From NCBI GenBank assembly GCA_043778225.1, contig JAYWGM010000015.1, positions 32,001 through 96,000 on the forward strand: DNA of 64,000 nt, written 5' to 3'. Position 1 is the stretch's first letter; the number at the start of each line of letters is the position of its first letter. Below, piece by piece: positions 20,834-32,306 of this stretch. Position numbers and translations under genes: made by a program. Source of the DNA: Deinococcales bacterium. Lineage in GTDB: Bacteria; Deinococcota; Deinococci; Deinococcales; JAAFIG01. A model generated the notes under the pieces. It was given only the letters and a program-made list of their open reading frames with translations, searched no databases and had not been told where the DNA came from.

Positions 20834-21546
20834 TCTAAAAACTCCCGTGGAATGATTTTTTTGCGCTCAGGCAAGACCGATAATTTAACCCCGATGGTTT
20901 GACCCGTAATCCCTCTGGCGGCTGGCAGTGCTAAACTGAGCGCACTTTCGCCAAGCCGAGCATCAAAATCCACACCGCCCGAAATCCTCGAGGGGACAAG
21001 CGCATTGGTTCGCACCCCCATATCGGATAAGCCACCAACAATGCCCGATAAATACGCCCGTAAGCCTCGGGTGTGCGGTTCGTTGTTGTCCGAGGGTGGC
21101 AAGACCAAGGTTGCCCAAGCGTTGGGCGCACGGCGCATCAGGGCTTGCATCACCAAATAACTCGAGCGGGCTTGAACTTCAAACATTTCGTTAAACTCCG
21201 ATTCGGTCAGTTTCTTAAAAGGGGTGATGCTGACTCCATCGGCAATATGCACCAGTCCCGAAATACTGCCGTAAATCTCGAGAATTTTATCAAAAACTTT
21301 TTTGACCTCGAGTTGCACGGCGGTATCACCCTTGACCGGAATGGCTTCGATGCCCAAGCGCTCGAGTTCGGCAGCGGTCTGCGAAGCCGCTTCTGGGTTT
21401 GGGTCTATTGCCACCACCGTTGCCCCAGCCAAGCCCAAGGCTCGAGCAATGCTGTGTCCAAAGCCACGACCTGCACCGCTTACGGCAATAACCGTGTCTG
21501 CCAAGGGTTTGGCGGCAATTGGACTGGGAGGGAATGTTTGTATCAC
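20830..21546 (-). CDS. SDR-family oxidoreductase (atypical)
   Basis: SGAGRGFG Rossmann motif; GTG start 6 nt after TATGAT. Confidence 0.75.
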   Translation of the reverse strand: MIQTFPPSPIAAKPLADTVIAVSGAGRGFGHSIARALGLAGATVVAIDPNPEAASQTAAELERLGIEAIPVKGDTAVQLEVKKVFDKILEIYGSISGLVHIADGVSITPFKKLTESEFNEMFEVQARSSYLVMQALMRRAPNAWATLVLPPSDNNEPHTRGLRAYLSGIVGGLSDMGVRTNALVPSRISGGVDFDARLGESALSLALPAARGITGQTIGVKLSVLPERKKIIPREFLE

Positions 21547-21575
21547 GCCGTTATCATACTCATATCTGTGGGTGC

Positions 21576-21604
21576 TTGCCAAACTCGAGTAAGCGTGTTA
21601 CACT
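21576..21604 (+). promoter_or_regulatory. Sigma70-type promoter of tRNA-Ala
   Basis: TTGCCA-N17-TACACT. Confidence 0.7.
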
Positions 21605-21633
21605 CCCAAAGCTCGAGTAGAGCAATCCCAAGA

Positions 21634-21709
<76 letters not shown>

Positions 21710-21713
21710 GAGT

Positions 21714-21739
21714 AAAACCCGCTCAGAGCGGGTTTTTTT
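21714..21739 (+). terminator. Intrinsic terminator after the tRNA
   Basis: AAAACCCGCT-CAG-AGCGGGTTTT followed by a T tract. Confidence 0.85.
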
Positions 21740-21829
21740 ATTTTAAATTGTCCTGATACTTTATCAGGCTTTAAAAAATAACTCGTTATTAGACGCGAGA
21801 AAGTGTTTTTTCTGCAATAATGCCGAAAT

Positions 21830-23419
21830 ATGGAAACTACAGACAGGCAGTTTGAAAGTATCCTCTGGGCAGCCGCCGATAAATTACGCGGTCATATGGA
21901 TGCAGCCGAATACAAGCACGTTGTTCTCGGCTTGATATTCCTGAAATACATTTCGGATGCCTTTACAGGTCAATATGAAAAAATTAAACAAGAATTTGGC
22001 ATACAAGCAGCCGAAGATCGAGACGAATACGCAGCCGAAGGTATTTTTTGGGTTCCGCCCAAAGCTAGATGGGTTTACTTACAAGAAAATGCCAAAGACC
22101 CCAAAATAGGCGCACTGATAGACCAAGCAATGGAATTACTCGAGACCGAAAACCCAAAGCAATTAAAAGGAGTTCTGCCCAAGGATTTTGGACGACCTAC
22201 ACTAGACAAAACCAAACTAGGCGAACTGATAGACCAATTCAGCAACCTAAAAATGGCAGCCACAGAAAACAATACCAACACAGACCCCACAAAGAAAAAC
22301 TCGAGCAGCAAAGATATGCTCGGGCGAGTCTACGAATACTTCCTATCCAAATTTGCCAGTGCCGAAGGTAAACTCGGTGGGGAATTCTACACACCCACCA
22401 GCGTAGTACGGGTCATTGTCGAAATGCTCGCACCATACAAAGGACGCATCTACGACCCTGCCTGCGGCTCAGGTGGAATGTTTGTCAATAGCGAAAAATT
22501 CGTCGAAGCCCACGGTGGAAAAATAGGCGATGTCAGCATCTACGGACAAGAAAGCAACCCCACAACATGGAAACTCGCCAAAATGAACCTTGCCATTCGC
22601 GGACTAGAAGCCAACCTAGGCACACAAAACGCCGATACCTTCCACAACAACCAGCACCCAGACTTACGCGCCGATTACATCCTTGCTAATCCACCCTTTA
22701 ATATCTCCGATTGGGGCGGCGAAAACCTACGCCAAGACCAACGCTGGCAACACGGCACACCACCCAGCAGCAACGCCAATTACGCATGGATGCAGCACAT
22801 GATTTACCACCTTGCACCAAATGGCATTGCAGGATTTGTCCTTGCCAACGGTTCACTCAGCAGCAACTCGAGCGGTGAAGGCGACATTCGCCAAAAAATA
22901 ATCGAAGCTGACTTTGTAGACTGCATTGTATCCCTACCCGGACAACTCTTTTACACCACACAAATACCAGTCGCTCTTTGGTTCTTAGCCCGCAACAAGA
23001 AAAACGGACGAGGACTCGAAGGACGCACCCTCCGCGACAGAAGCCACCACACCCTATTCATAGACGCACGAAAACTCGGATACATGGAAACTCGAGTCAA
23101 CCGCAATTTTACCGACACAGACATTGCCCAAATAGCCGATACCTACCACAACTGGCGCGGCGACGGACAACAACAATACACAGACCAAGCCGGATACTGC
23201 AAAAGTGCAAACCTTGAAGAAATCAAAACCCACGGGTATGTTCTAACCCCCGGACGATACGTTGGCATAGAAGCCCAAGTACCAGACAGCGAACCATTTG
23301 AGCAAAAAATGCAACGCCTCACCCAACAACTCCAGACCCAATTTGAACAAAGCACCATTCTCGAGCAACAAATCAAAAATAATCTGGAGAAACTAGGCTA
23401 TGCCCTACAACCCAAATAA
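21830..23419 (+). CDS. hsdM: Type I RM methyltransferase subunit
   Basis: [30 protein letters not shown]. Confidence 0.96.
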   Translation: METTDRQFESILWAAADKLRGHMDAAEYKHVVLGLIFLKYISDAFTGQYEKIKQEFGIQAAEDRDEYAAEGIFWVPPKARWVYLQENAKDPKIGALIDQAMELLETENPKQLKGVLPKDFGRPTLDKTKLGELIDQFSNLKMAATENNTNTDPTKKNSSSKDMLGRVYEYFLSKFASAEGKLGGEFYTPTSVVRVIVEMLAPYKGRIYDPACGSGGMFVNSEKFVEAHGGKIGDVSIYGQESNPTTWKLAKMNLAIRGLEANLGTQNADTFHNNQHPDLRADYILANPPFNISDWGGENLRQDQRWQHGTPPSSNANYAWMQHMIYHLAPNGIAGFVLANGSLSSNSSGEGDIRQKIIEADFVDCIVSLPGQLFYTTQIPVALWFLARNKKNGRGLEGRTLRDRSHHTLFIDARKLGYMETRVNRNFTDTDIAQIADTYHNWRGDGQQQYTDQAGYCKSANLEEIKTHGYVLTPGRYVGIEAQVPDSEPFEQKMQRLTQQLQTQFEQSTILEQQIKNNLEKLGYALQPK

Positions 23420-23473
23420 ACACCACCAACAAGGCATCAGATGATAAAAACCACGAAATTTATAATTTGGGTT

Positions 23474-23501
23474 TGAATAATTTTTTTGTAACTCGAGCCA
23501 A
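23474..23501 (+). repeat. 28-bp direct repeat, copy 1
   Basis: TGAATAATTTTTTTGTAACTCGAGCCAA. Confidence 0.85.
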
Positions 23502-23548
23502 AACAAGTGATCAACAGCGAATTGATAATTTACCCTAAGGATTCTAAT

Positions 23549-24616
23549 ATGGCGCTTACACGCAAAAAAAACACAACTAAACCAGTAACTCAGGGTTTAC
23601 AAGGTTACGAAGTATTCATTAAAGAATTAAAACATTACATTCAACAAACCCAAGTGCGTGTCGCCATGACCGTTGGGCGCGAAGTATCCCAGCTTTACTG
23701 GCAAGTAGGTCAAAAATTTGTACTTGCCCAACAACAACATCAATGGGGCGATAAGATTTTAGAACAAGTTGCGGCTGATCTAAAAACAGCTTTTCCTGGG
23801 GTACAAGGTTTTTCAAAAGCCAATTTATACCGCATGAGAGCCTTTTTTTTAGCTTATCAAGATCAGAATTCAATTGTCGCACAAGCTGTGCGACAATTGC
23901 CTTGGGGTCATAATGTTGTTTTGTTACAAAAAATTAAAAATCCTAACGAACGGTTATGGTACGCACAGCAAATTCTCGAGTTTGGAATGAGTCGTTCAAT
24001 ACTAGAATTACAAATTCAAAATGGGCTATATCACCGGCAAGGTAAAGCCCTGACTAATTTTTCGACCACATTACCACCACTTCAATCTGATTTAGCGCAA
24101 CAAATTCTGAAAGACCCCTATAATTTCGATTTTTTAACCCTAGGTCAAGATGCCCATGAATTATCACTTGAACGAGGTTTACTCGAGCATCTGAAATTAT
24201 TTTTACTTGAACTTGGTGTTGGCTTTGCTTTCGTGGGAAGTCAATATCATCTCGAGGTGGGTGCAGAAGATTTTTATATTGACTTATTATTTTATCATTT
24301 GAAATTACGGGCTTTTATTGTGATTGAACTTAAAGCCCGAGAAGTAAAACCTGCCGATATAGCCCAAGTAATGGGTTACGTGGCTGTCGTGGATGAACAA
24401 TTGCGACATGAATCGGATGCGTCTACAATTGGTTTGGTTTTAGGTAAGGGCAAAAAATCGGTTATGGCAGAGTACGTTCTAAAAAATGTTAAAGCTCCGA
24501 TTGGAATTGCTGAGTATTTTACAGCCGAGACGTTACCAAATGACCTCGAGGCGGATTTGCCAAGTGTGGAGTTGCTTGAGGCGGAATTGGCTAAGTTGGG
24601 TGGTCTGGATGAATAA
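23549..24616 (+). CDS. DUF1016 / YhcG PD-(D/E)XK nuclease-family protein
   Basis: LYWQVG..WG, GFS..NL..MR, KDPYNFDFL, IDLLFYH, IELK. Confidence 0.92.
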   Translation: MALTRKKNTTKPVTQGLQGYEVFIKELKHYIQQTQVRVAMTVGREVSQLYWQVGQKFVLAQQQHQWGDKILEQVAADLKTAFPGVQGFSKANLYRMRAFFLAYQDQNSIVAQAVRQLPWGHNVVLLQKIKNPNERLWYAQQILEFGMSRSILELQIQNGLYHRQGKALTNFSTTLPPLQSDLAQQILKDPYNFDFLTLGQDAHELSLERGLLEHLKLFLLELGVGFAFVGSQYHLEVGAEDFYIDLLFYHLKLRAFIVIELKAREVKPADIAQVMGYVAVVDEQLRHESDASTIGLVLGKGKKSVMAEYVLKNVKAPIGIAEYFTAETLPNDLEADLPSVELLEAELAKLGGLDE

Positions 24617-24637
24617 TTTTTTTGTGGCTCGAGCCAA
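24610..24637 (+). repeat. 28-bp direct repeat, copy 2
   Basis: TGAATAATTTTTTTGTGGCTCGAGCCAA (26/28 identical to copy 1). Confidence 0.85.
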
Positions 24638-24646
24638 GGCGAATTT

Positions 24647-25918
24647 ATGAACAATGTAACTGTATACCGTTTCTCTGATTTATTTGAGAAAATAGTTGAT
24701 AATCGAGGTAAGACAGTACCGACTGAAGATTCTGGGATGCCGCTAATCGCAACGAATTGTATTAAAAATGATTCGTTGTATCCTGTATACGAAAATGTCA
24801 GGTTTATTTCTGATGAGACGTATAAAACTTGGTTTCGTGGACATCCAGAACCTAATGATCTAATTTTTGTTTTGAAAGGCTCACCGGGGCGCGTATGTAT
24901 AGCCCCTGATCCAGTAGATTTTTGCATTGCACAGGATATGGTGGCTTTACGTCCTGACGATACGAAAGTTTATTGGAAATTTTTATTTGCTCTTTTAAGA
25001 TCATCAGAAATGCAGTCTAAGATTGGGAATATGCACGTTGGCACTTTAATTCCACATTTCAAAAAGGGTGATTTTGATAATTTGTATTTGTCTATTCCAG
25101 ATAGAAAAACTCAAGAATTTATTGGGGATTTATATTTTTTAATCTCGAGTAAAATCGAATTGAACCGTGCTACCAATGCTACGCTCGAGGCTTTGGCGCA
25201 AACCCTTTTCAAATCTTGGTTTGTGGATTTTGATATTGTGAAAGCCAAAGCGCTTGGTCTCGAGCCAAAGGGTGTGGATGCCAGTACAGCCGCATTATTT
25301 CCAAGTGCTTTTGTTAGCTCGAGCATGGGCGAAATTCCAGAAGGCTGGGAAATAAGAGGAATAGATAGTATTGCAGATTTTTTGAATGGTCTTGCGATGC
25401 AAAAATACCCTCCAAAAAGCAATTTGTCATTACCTGTTATTAAAATTGCCCAACTTCGTAAAGGTGATACTGTCGGCGCTGACCGAGCGAGTACAGAATT
25501 GCCAGAAGATTACATTATACAAGATGGAGACGTACTTTTTTCATGGTCGGGAAGTCTGGAAGTCGTGATGTGGACAGGTGGAATTGGCGCACTGAATCAG
25601 CATTTATTCAAAGTTACTTCTCAGGAATACCCAAAATGGTTTTATTACCTTTGGACGCTCGAGCATTTAGCGGAATTTAGACATATTGCCGAAAGTAAAG
25701 CAACGACAATGGGACATATCCAAAGAAAACATTTGAGCCAAGCTCGAGTGAATGTCCCGCCTCGAGAAATCCTTGATAAGCTCGGAGCAATTTTAGAACC
25801 GCTTGTTGAAAATATGTACTTAAATAACCTTGAATCTAAACGACTTACCACTACTCGAGATTCGTTGCTTCCTAAGTTGCTGTCTGGGGAAATTGAAGTT
25901 GGAGACATAATCATATGA
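24647..25918 (+). CDS. hsdS: Type I RM specificity subunit
   Basis: Two TRDs, central KIELN...LFKSWFVDF...IPEGW, terminal RDSLLPKLLSGEI. Confidence 0.95.
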   Translation: MNNVTVYRFSDLFEKIVDNRGKTVPTEDSGMPLIATNCIKNDSLYPVYENVRFISDETYKTWFRGHPEPNDLIFVLKGSPGRVCIAPDPVDFCIAQDMVALRPDDTKVYWKFLFALLRSSEMQSKIGNMHVGTLIPHFKKGDFDNLYLSIPDRKTQEFIGDLYFLISSKIELNRATNATLEALAQTLFKSWFVDFDIVKAKALGLEPKGVDASTAALFPSAFVSSSMGEIPEGWEIRGIDSIADFLNGLAMQKYPPKSNLSLPVIKIAQLRKGDTVGADRASTELPEDYIIQDGDVLFSWSGSLEVVMWTGGIGALNQHLFKVTSQEYPKWFYYLWTLEHLAEFRHIAESKATTMGHIQRKHLSQARVNVPPREILDKLGAILEPLVENMYLNNLESKRLTTTRDSLLPKLLSGEIEVGDIII

Positions 25919-26961
25919 AGTTTCTTCAGGCAGAATTTGAACAAGATTTACTCGCAGAGATTGATGATAGTGGAGCAATCCGTATTGGCGAATCTTTATT
26001 TAGTCCTGTTGATATTTTGAGTAGTGACCAAGAAGCGTATGAAAACGAACTGACACTGTGGCGATCAGAGGTGTGGTTGCCACCAAAACTCGAGAAATTA
26101 AAGAAAATTCTTGAACTTGAAAATAACCAGCATCGGTTTGCAGATTTACTCGAACTCTTATTACGGAACAAAGTTGTCCCATTTGTTGGTTCTGGTATGT
26201 CCGCTTCTTCAAGTATGCCAATGTGGACAAAGTTTTTATGGCAACTTCAAACACAATCTACTTTGGCTGCAACAGATCTACAGGCTATGATTGATGCTGG
26301 GAATTATGAAGATGCGGCTTCGGCACTGATTGCTAATATGCCCAATCCACTATTTAACGAAAAGTTAGAGCAGACATTTCGAGCAAGACAATTAGATAAT
26401 GTTGTAGGTGCGGTCAAGTACCTACCACGTATTTTTGCTTCAACTGTTGTAACTACAAATTATGACAACATTTTAGAATTGGTTTTTCAGGATTTGGAAA
26501 TTGAATTTGACGAAATTTTATTTGGGAAACGAATAGAAGACCACTCAGAGTTTCGTCGTAATGAACAACGTTGCTTATTGAAATTGCATGGCGATTTTAG
26601 AAGACCATCTACTCGAGTTTTAACTAAGCCTGAGTACGACTCATGTTATCAAGAGGGTAGTGCTTTCAAAGCAGAATTATCTCTTATTTATCAGGCAAAT
26701 TCATTGTTGTTTCTTGGCTGTAGTTTACAGAATGACCGAACAGTTTCTTTGTTGGCTGAGGTTGCATCAAGAGACCCAACTATGCCACGTCATTATGCTT
26801 TTTTGGCTTCACCAGACACCCCAGAAGATAGAATAAGACGTGAACATTTTTTAACAGACCGAAAAATTTTTCCTATCTGGTATCCTGTTTTAGAACATAA
26901 TCACGATGAACCAATCGAAGCGCTTTTAATCGGTTTAATGCAAGGTTTAGGGAAAATATGA
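25915..26961 (+). CDS. SIR2-like (SIR2_2) protein with acidic N-terminal extension
   Basis: [25 protein letters not shown] motifs. Confidence 0.88.
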   Translation: MKFLQAEFEQDLLAEIDDSGAIRIGESLFSPVDILSSDQEAYENELTLWRSEVWLPPKLEKLKKILELENNQHRFADLLELLLRNKVVPFVGSGMSASSSMPMWTKFLWQLQTQSTLAATDLQAMIDAGNYEDAASALIANMPNPLFNEKLEQTFRARQLDNVVGAVKYLPRIFASTVVTTNYDNILELVFQDLEIEFDEILFGKRIEDHSEFRRNEQRCLLKLHGDFRRPSTRVLTKPEYDSCYQEGSAFKAELSLIYQANSLLFLGCSLQNDRTVSLLAEVASRDPTMPRHYAFLASPDTPEDRIRREHFLTDRKIFPIWYPVLEHNHDEPIEALLIGLMQGLGKI

Positions 26962-29900
26962 GTCAAAATTTTAACGAAAATACTGTTGAACAAGCCACGC
27001 TCGAGTGGTTGCGTGGTCTTGGTTACGAGTACGAATTTGGTCCGAGTATTGCGCCAGAAGAAAAACGTGCCGAACGAGCTTCTTTTCGTGAGGTGTTGCT
27101 CCTCGAGCGTTTGCGGGTTGCTTTGCAGCGTTTGAATCCCACTGCTCCTCTAGCGGCACTCGAGGAGGCGGTACGGCGTGTTTCCACACCAGAATTTCCT
27201 GCGTTAATGCAGAACAATCGGGCGTTTCATAGGTTGCTTGCCGAGGGTGTCGAAACCGAGGTGCTGCAAGATGGTGTGTTGCGTGGTGTGCTGGTGCGTT
27301 TGGTGGATTGGGATAATGTGGATGCCAATAATTGGTTGGTGGTTAATCAATTAACGGTTGTGGATGGGCAGATTAACCGTCGTCCAGATGTTGTGGTGTA
27401 CTTGAATGGGTTGCCAATTGCGGTCATTGAACTTAAAAACGCGGCGGATAAGAAAGCCACCATCGAAAATGCGTATCAGCAGCTTAGGACGTATCAAAAT
27501 CAAATTAGTCGATTGTTTGTTTTTAATGCCTTGTTGGTTATTTCCGATGGTGTGCAGGCTCGGCTTGGTTGTGTTGGGGCAGAAATGGAGCGTTTCCAAC
27601 CGTGGAAAACTGTTTCTGGTACAGAATTACTGCCCGAATCTCTGGAGACGCTGATTAAAGGTGTCTTTGACCGTTCGCGTTTACTAGCGTTCCTGCGTGG
27701 TTTTATTGTTTTTGAGGATTTTGGCTCGAGTATTCAAAAGAAAATTGCGGCGTATCATCAGTTCTTCGCGGTGCAAAAAGCCTTGCAGAGTACCGTAGTG
27801 GCTTCAAGTGCGGCTGGCGATGGCAAAGGCGGTGTGGTCTGGCATACCCAAGGAAGCGGTAAGAGTTTAACAATGGTGTTCTTCGCGGGTGGCTTGGTGC
27901 AAAGTGCAGCGCTGGCAAATCCAACCATTGTTATTTTGACAGACCGTAACGATTTAGACGATCAGTTATTTGGGACATTCTCGAGGTGTAAGGATTTGTT
28001 GCGTCAAACGCCTGTACAAGCGGGTAATCGGGCGGATTTGCGGGGGTTACTCGAGCGTGAGGCGGGTGGGGTGGTTTTTACAACCATTCAAAAGTTCTTA
28101 CCCGAGGAACGCGGTGATAAATTCCCAAGGTTATCGGCGCGGCGTAATATCGTGGTTATTGCCGATGAAGCGCATCGCAGTCAGTATGGTTTTGAAGCCA
28201 AAGTGGATTTGCAAACAGGGGATTTGCGTTATGGTTTCGCGCAGAATGTACGCGATGCGCTACCAAACGCTACTTTTCTTGGTTTTACGGGTACGCCAGT
28301 CGAAAGTACCGATAAGAACACCCGAGGTATTTTTGGTGAGTACATTGATATTTACGATGTGCAACGGGCAGTGCAGGACGGCGCGACTGTGCCTATTTAT
28401 TATGAGTCTCGGTTAGCTAAACTCGATTTGCTCGAGTCGGAAAAACCGCGTTTAGATGATGATTTTGAAGAAGTAACCGAGGGCGAAGAAGCCTTTAGTA
28501 AGGAAAAACTGAAATCTAAATGGGCGCAACTCGAGGCGCTGATTGGTACGAAAAAGCGGCTTGAGCAAATTGCAGCCGATTTGGTGCAGCATTTTGAAGC
28601 ACGGCAAGATGTGTTGCTTGGTAAGGGCATGATTGTTTGTATGAGTCGCCGTATTTGTGTGGATTTGTACAATGAACTGATTAAATTGCGTCCGACTTGG
28701 TTTGGTGCGTCTGATACAGAAGGTGTGCTTAAAGTGGTGATGACAGGTGCGGCTTCTGACCCTGACGATTGGCAACCGCATATTCGTTCTAAAGCCAGAC
28801 AGCGTGATATTGCCGAGCATTTTCGGGATGATACTTCCAATCTTAAATTGGTCATTGTGCGTGATATGTGGCTGACAGGTTTTGATGTGCCGTGTTTGCA
28901 CACCATGTACTTGGATAAACCAATGCGTGGACATGGGTTAATGCAGGCGATAGCTCGAGTCAATCGGGTTTTTAGTAATAAGCCAGGTGGTTTGGTCGTG
29001 GATTACCTTGGTTTGGCGAATAATTTGCGTGAGGCATTGGTCACGTACACCAGTAGCGGTGGGCAGGGTGCGCCGACGCTTGACCAAGAAGCGGCTTTTG
29101 CAGTGATGCAGGAAAAACTTTCGATTTGCCGTGGTTTATTTCATGGTTTTGATTACTCGGATTTTATGACTGGTTCACCATCTGATCGGGTGGCGATTCT
29201 GCCCGAAGCTCAGGATTTTATTTTGGCTCAAGATCGCGTAAAAGGTAAGGAACGCCTGATTAAAGCCTCGCTTGAACTTGCCAAAGCCTTTGCGTTGTCT
29301 GTACCACTCGAGGAAGCATTGGCTTTGCGTCAAGAAATTGTGTTTTTTCAGACTGTCCGCGCTATTTTCGAGAAACGCGAAGGTACAACCAATCAAGCTG
29401 CCAGTTCAGATTTGCACGATGCGATTCAGCGTTTGGTTGAACGGGCAGTTGCGCCCGAAGGTGTGATTGATATTTTTGCGGCGGCAGGTTTGAAAAAACC
29501 TGACATCAGTATTTTATCGGATTCTTTTCTGGCAGATGTGCAAAATATGCCGCAACGTAATTTAGCCGTAGAACTGCTCGAGCGTTTAATGAAAGACGAA
29601 GTGAAAACAGGTTCTAAACGCAATTTGGTACAATCCAAGGCTTTTTCGCAAAAACTCGAGGCTGCCTTATTAAAGTATCAGAATCGGGCAATAGAAACAG
29701 CGCAAGTTATTGAAGAACTAATTGCCTTGGCTCGAGCTTACCGTGATGTGCAAAACCGAGGCGAAAGCATGGGGCTTGCCGAAGATGAAATTGCTTTCTA
29801 CGATGCTTTACAAGTCGGCGACCCTAGTCAAATCATGGCGGATGATGTGCTGCGGACTATTGCTTTAGAAGTAGCACAAACTGTGCGGAACAACACCACA

Positions 29901-30059
29901 ATTGACTGGGCGGTGCGTGAACAAGTCCAAGCAAATTTGCGGCGATTGGTTAAACGTGTATTGCGTAAATACGGCTATCCACCTGAGCAGCAAGAAGCAG
30001 CCACAAACACGGTTTTGGAACAAGCCAAATTACTGGCACAATTGAATCAGGAGACGTGA
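26958..30059 (+). CDS. hsdR: Type I RM restriction subunit
   Basis: RRPD..IELK nuclease motif, [25 protein letters not shown]. Confidence 0.96.
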   Translation: MSQNFNENTVEQATLEWLRGLGYEYEFGPSIAPEEKRAERASFREVLLLERLRVALQRLNPTAPLAALEEAVRRVSTPEFPALMQNNRAFHRLLAEGVETEVLQDGVLRGVLVRLVDWDNVDANNWLVVNQLTVVDGQINRRPDVVVYLNGLPIAVIELKNAADKKATIENAYQQLRTYQNQISRLFVFNALLVISDGVQARLGCVGAEMERFQPWKTVSGTELLPESLETLIKGVFDRSRLLAFLRGFIVFEDFGSSIQKKIAAYHQFFAVQKALQSTVVASSAAGDGKGGVVWHTQGSGKSLTMVFFAGGLVQSAALANPTIVILTDRNDLDDQLFGTFSRCKDLLRQTPVQAGNRADLRGLLEREAGGVVFTTIQKFLPEERGDKFPRLSARRNIVVIADEAHRSQYGFEAKVDLQTGDLRYGFAQNVRDALPNATFLGFTGTPVESTDKNTRGIFGEYIDIYDVQRAVQDGATVPIYYESRLAKLDLLESEKPRLDDDFEEVTEGEEAFSKEKLKSKWAQLEALIGTKKRLEQIAADLVQHFEARQDVLLGKGMIVCMSRRICVDLYNELIKLRPTWFGASDTEGVLKVVMTGAASDPDDWQPHIRSKARQRDIAEHFRDDTSNLKLVIVRDMWLTGFDVPCLHTMYLDKPMRGHGLMQAIARVNRVFSNKPGGLVVDYLGLANNLREALVTYTSSGGQGAPTLDQEAAFAVMQEKLSICRGLFHGFDYSDFMTGSPSDRVAILPEAQDFILAQDRVKGKERLIKASLELAKAFALSVPLEEALALRQEIVFFQTVRAIFEKREGTTNQAASSDLHDAIQRLVERAVAPEGVIDIFAAAGLKKPDISILSDSFLADVQNMPQRNLAVELLERLMKDEVKTGSKRNLVQSKAFSQKLEAALLKYQNRAIETAQVIEELIALARAYRDVQNRGESMGLAEDEIAFYDALQVGDPSQIMADDVLRTIALEVAQTVRNNTTIDWAVREQVQANLRRLVKRVLRKYGYPPEQQEAATNTVLEQAKLLAQLNQET

Positions 30060-30103
30060 CCTAAGAAGGTACGCTGTACACCTCTAAGTGCTAAAATCTG
30101 TTT

Positions 30104-32089
30104 ATGCCTTTGCAACTTTCGGTCTGCGATTACCCCGAACACCTCCCACCCGAAGAATGGGCGCAATTCCCTAAAAAAATGCGCCAACTGGGGCTAACTT
30201 TTGTGCGAATTGGCGAATTTGCATGGTCAAAGCTCGAGCCAAGCGCTGGGAATTACCAATTTGACTGGCTGGATATTGCCATCGAAGCCCTCCACGCTGA
30301 AGGGCTAAAAGTGGTACTCGGCACGCCAACCGCCACACCGCCAGCTTGGTTGGTGCGTCAATATCCGAGCATTTTGCCTGTAGATATTGAAGGGCGAACT
30401 CGAGAATTTGGCTCGAGACGGCATTATGATTTCTCGAACGATGTCTACTGGCAGCACTCAGCCCGAATTGTCGAGGTCTTGGCAAAACGCTATGGAAATC
30501 ATCCAGCCATGGCTGGCTGGCAAACCGATAACGAATATGGCTGCCATGATACGACCCGCTCGTATAGCCAACAAGCCAAAGAAAAATTTCAGGGCTGGCT
30601 CGAGCAAAAGTACGTCTCGCTCGAGGCGCTGAATACCGCTTGGGGAGCAGTTTTTTGGTCGCAGGAGTACACTGCTTGGGGACAGATTGGCTTGCCAAAT
30701 TTAACCGTTACCGAAGCCAACCCAAGCCATATTTTGGATTTTATGCGTTTCTCGAGTGACCGTGTAGCAAGCTACGACCGAATGCAGACCGAGATTATCC
30801 GCGCTCACAGCCCAAATCGTTTTGTGACCCACAATTATATGATCTTCTTTTCGGATTTTGACCATTACAAGGCTGCTGCACATCTGGATTTTGTGACTTG
30901 GGATAATTACCCGACGGGGATGCTCGAGTTTTTTGCGCCGCATGGTACATCTGAGGAAACCAAGAACAAATTTGCCCGAACTGGACATCCAGATTTGGTG
31001 GCACTTAACCACGATATTTACCGAGGCTTAAAGAATAAGCCGTTTTGGGTTATGGAGCAGCAATGCGGACAGGTCAATTGGTCGCCGTATAATCCGTTGC
31101 CCGCCCCCGGGGCAGTCCAGCTTTGGACACTCCAAGCCATGAGTCATGGGGCAAATGTGGTTTCGTATTTTCGTTGGCAGGCGGCTCGAGAAGCCCAAGA
31201 AGATTATCATTCGGGCTTGTTGCGTCACGATGGCTCAGAAGACCGTGGCTACGCTGAGGTCAAACGCCTTGCGCCGCACCTCGAGAAATTGTCCGATGAA
31301 TTAGCGCCATGCCGTGTTTGTATTTTGCACGATTACGAATCTTTGTGGGCTTACGATGTCCAAAAACACCATGCCGACAGTTCGTATTGGTCGCAGATGA
31401 TGATGTACTACACCGAACTGCGTCAAGTCGGTGTGGATGTGGATGTGCTGCACCCGATGTCAGATTTAAGCGCCTATGGTTTGATTATTGCTCCAGCCTT
31501 GATTATTGGTTCGCTCGAGTTAGCCAATCACCTCGAGCAGTACGCCCAAGCTGGCGCAACCGTGGTTTTTGGTACACGTACAGGGTTTCGTACTTCTACT
31601 GGCGCAGTCCCCAAAGAAAACCCAATGACCAAATTGGCTGGGGTTAAAGTCAAGAACTTCGATAGCCTGCGCCCCGGTTTACACTCGAGCATCGAAGCCT
31701 TTGACCAAAGTTTTGCCACCCACACTTGGAATGAATCGCTCGAGTTACTTGACCCAGACATCCGCGTTTTAGGCACATTTTTTGACGACCCACTGTACAG
31801 CCAAGCTGGCATCACTTACCGACCCATGAACACCGGCGGAATTATGTACATTGGCGTTTGGGGCGAGAAAATCGTTAAGCGCAGCCTCGAGTATGCGCTT
31901 TTTCGGGCTGGCATCAGCCATCAAGAACTCGAGCCGGGTTTGCGCCTGACACGGCGCGGCGGCTTGGTTTATGCCCAAAACTGGACTCGAGGTGGAATTT
32001 CTTTGCCCCTAGACCCAGACACCGAATTTGTCTATGGCGACAGCCTGATCGAGCCTTATGGCGTAACGGTCTACAAAGATAAGGAGTAA
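30104..32089 (+). CDS. GH42 beta-galactosidase
   Basis: [29 protein letters not shown]. Confidence 0.93.
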   Translation: MPLQLSVCDYPEHLPPEEWAQFPKKMRQLGLTFVRIGEFAWSKLEPSAGNYQFDWLDIAIEALHAEGLKVVLGTPTATPPAWLVRQYPSILPVDIEGRTREFGSRRHYDFSNDVYWQHSARIVEVLAKRYGNHPAMAGWQTDNEYGCHDTTRSYSQQAKEKFQGWLEQKYVSLEALNTAWGAVFWSQEYTAWGQIGLPNLTVTEANPSHILDFMRFSSDRVASYDRMQTEIIRAHSPNRFVTHNYMIFFSDFDHYKAAAHLDFVTWDNYPTGMLEFFAPHGTSEETKNKFARTGHPDLVALNHDIYRGLKNKPFWVMEQQCGQVNWSPYNPLPAPGAVQLWTLQAMSHGANVVSYFRWQAAREAQEDYHSGLLRHDGSEDRGYAEVKRLAPHLEKLSDELAPCRVCILHDYESLWAYDVQKHHADSSYWSQMMMYYTELRQVGVDVDVLHPMSDLSAYGLIIAPALIIGSLELANHLEQYAQAGATVVFGTRTGFRTSTGAVPKENPMTKLAGVKVKNFDSLRPGLHSSIEAFDQSFATHTWNESLELLDPDIRVLGTFFDDPLYSQAGITYRPMNTGGIMYIGVWGEKIVKRSLEYALFRAGISHQELEPGLRLTRRGGLVYAQNWTRGGISLPLDPDTEFVYGDSLIEPYGVTVYKDKE

Positions 32090-32129
32090 TGCAAATTTAA
32101 GTTAAGGTATCAATCCAAGAAAACCGTGT

Positions 32130-32156
32130 GTAGGGGCAGACCCCCGCGTCTGCCCT
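32130..32156 (+). repeat. GTAG-type REP palindrome
   Basis: GTAG followed by GGGCAGAC-N6-GTCTGCCC. Confidence 0.65.
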
Positions 32157-32306
32157 GCTAGGAATTAGTTCAAAGTAATTTGGCTTTGGTACTTAAAAGT
32201 GAATAGCTGCATCCTAAAACCGATAAAAAGTACCAAGGTTTAGGGCGATTTTTGCCTTAAAACCAATCAACCCGTTTTGTTCCTCGGACTGCTGTAAACT
32301 AGAGCC

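Noticed and set aside
23420..26000. Skew flip as the replication origin
   Set aside because: No dnaA/dnaN or DnaA-box cluster seen, and the skew appears to fade outside the hsd genes; not formally excluded without the full contig.
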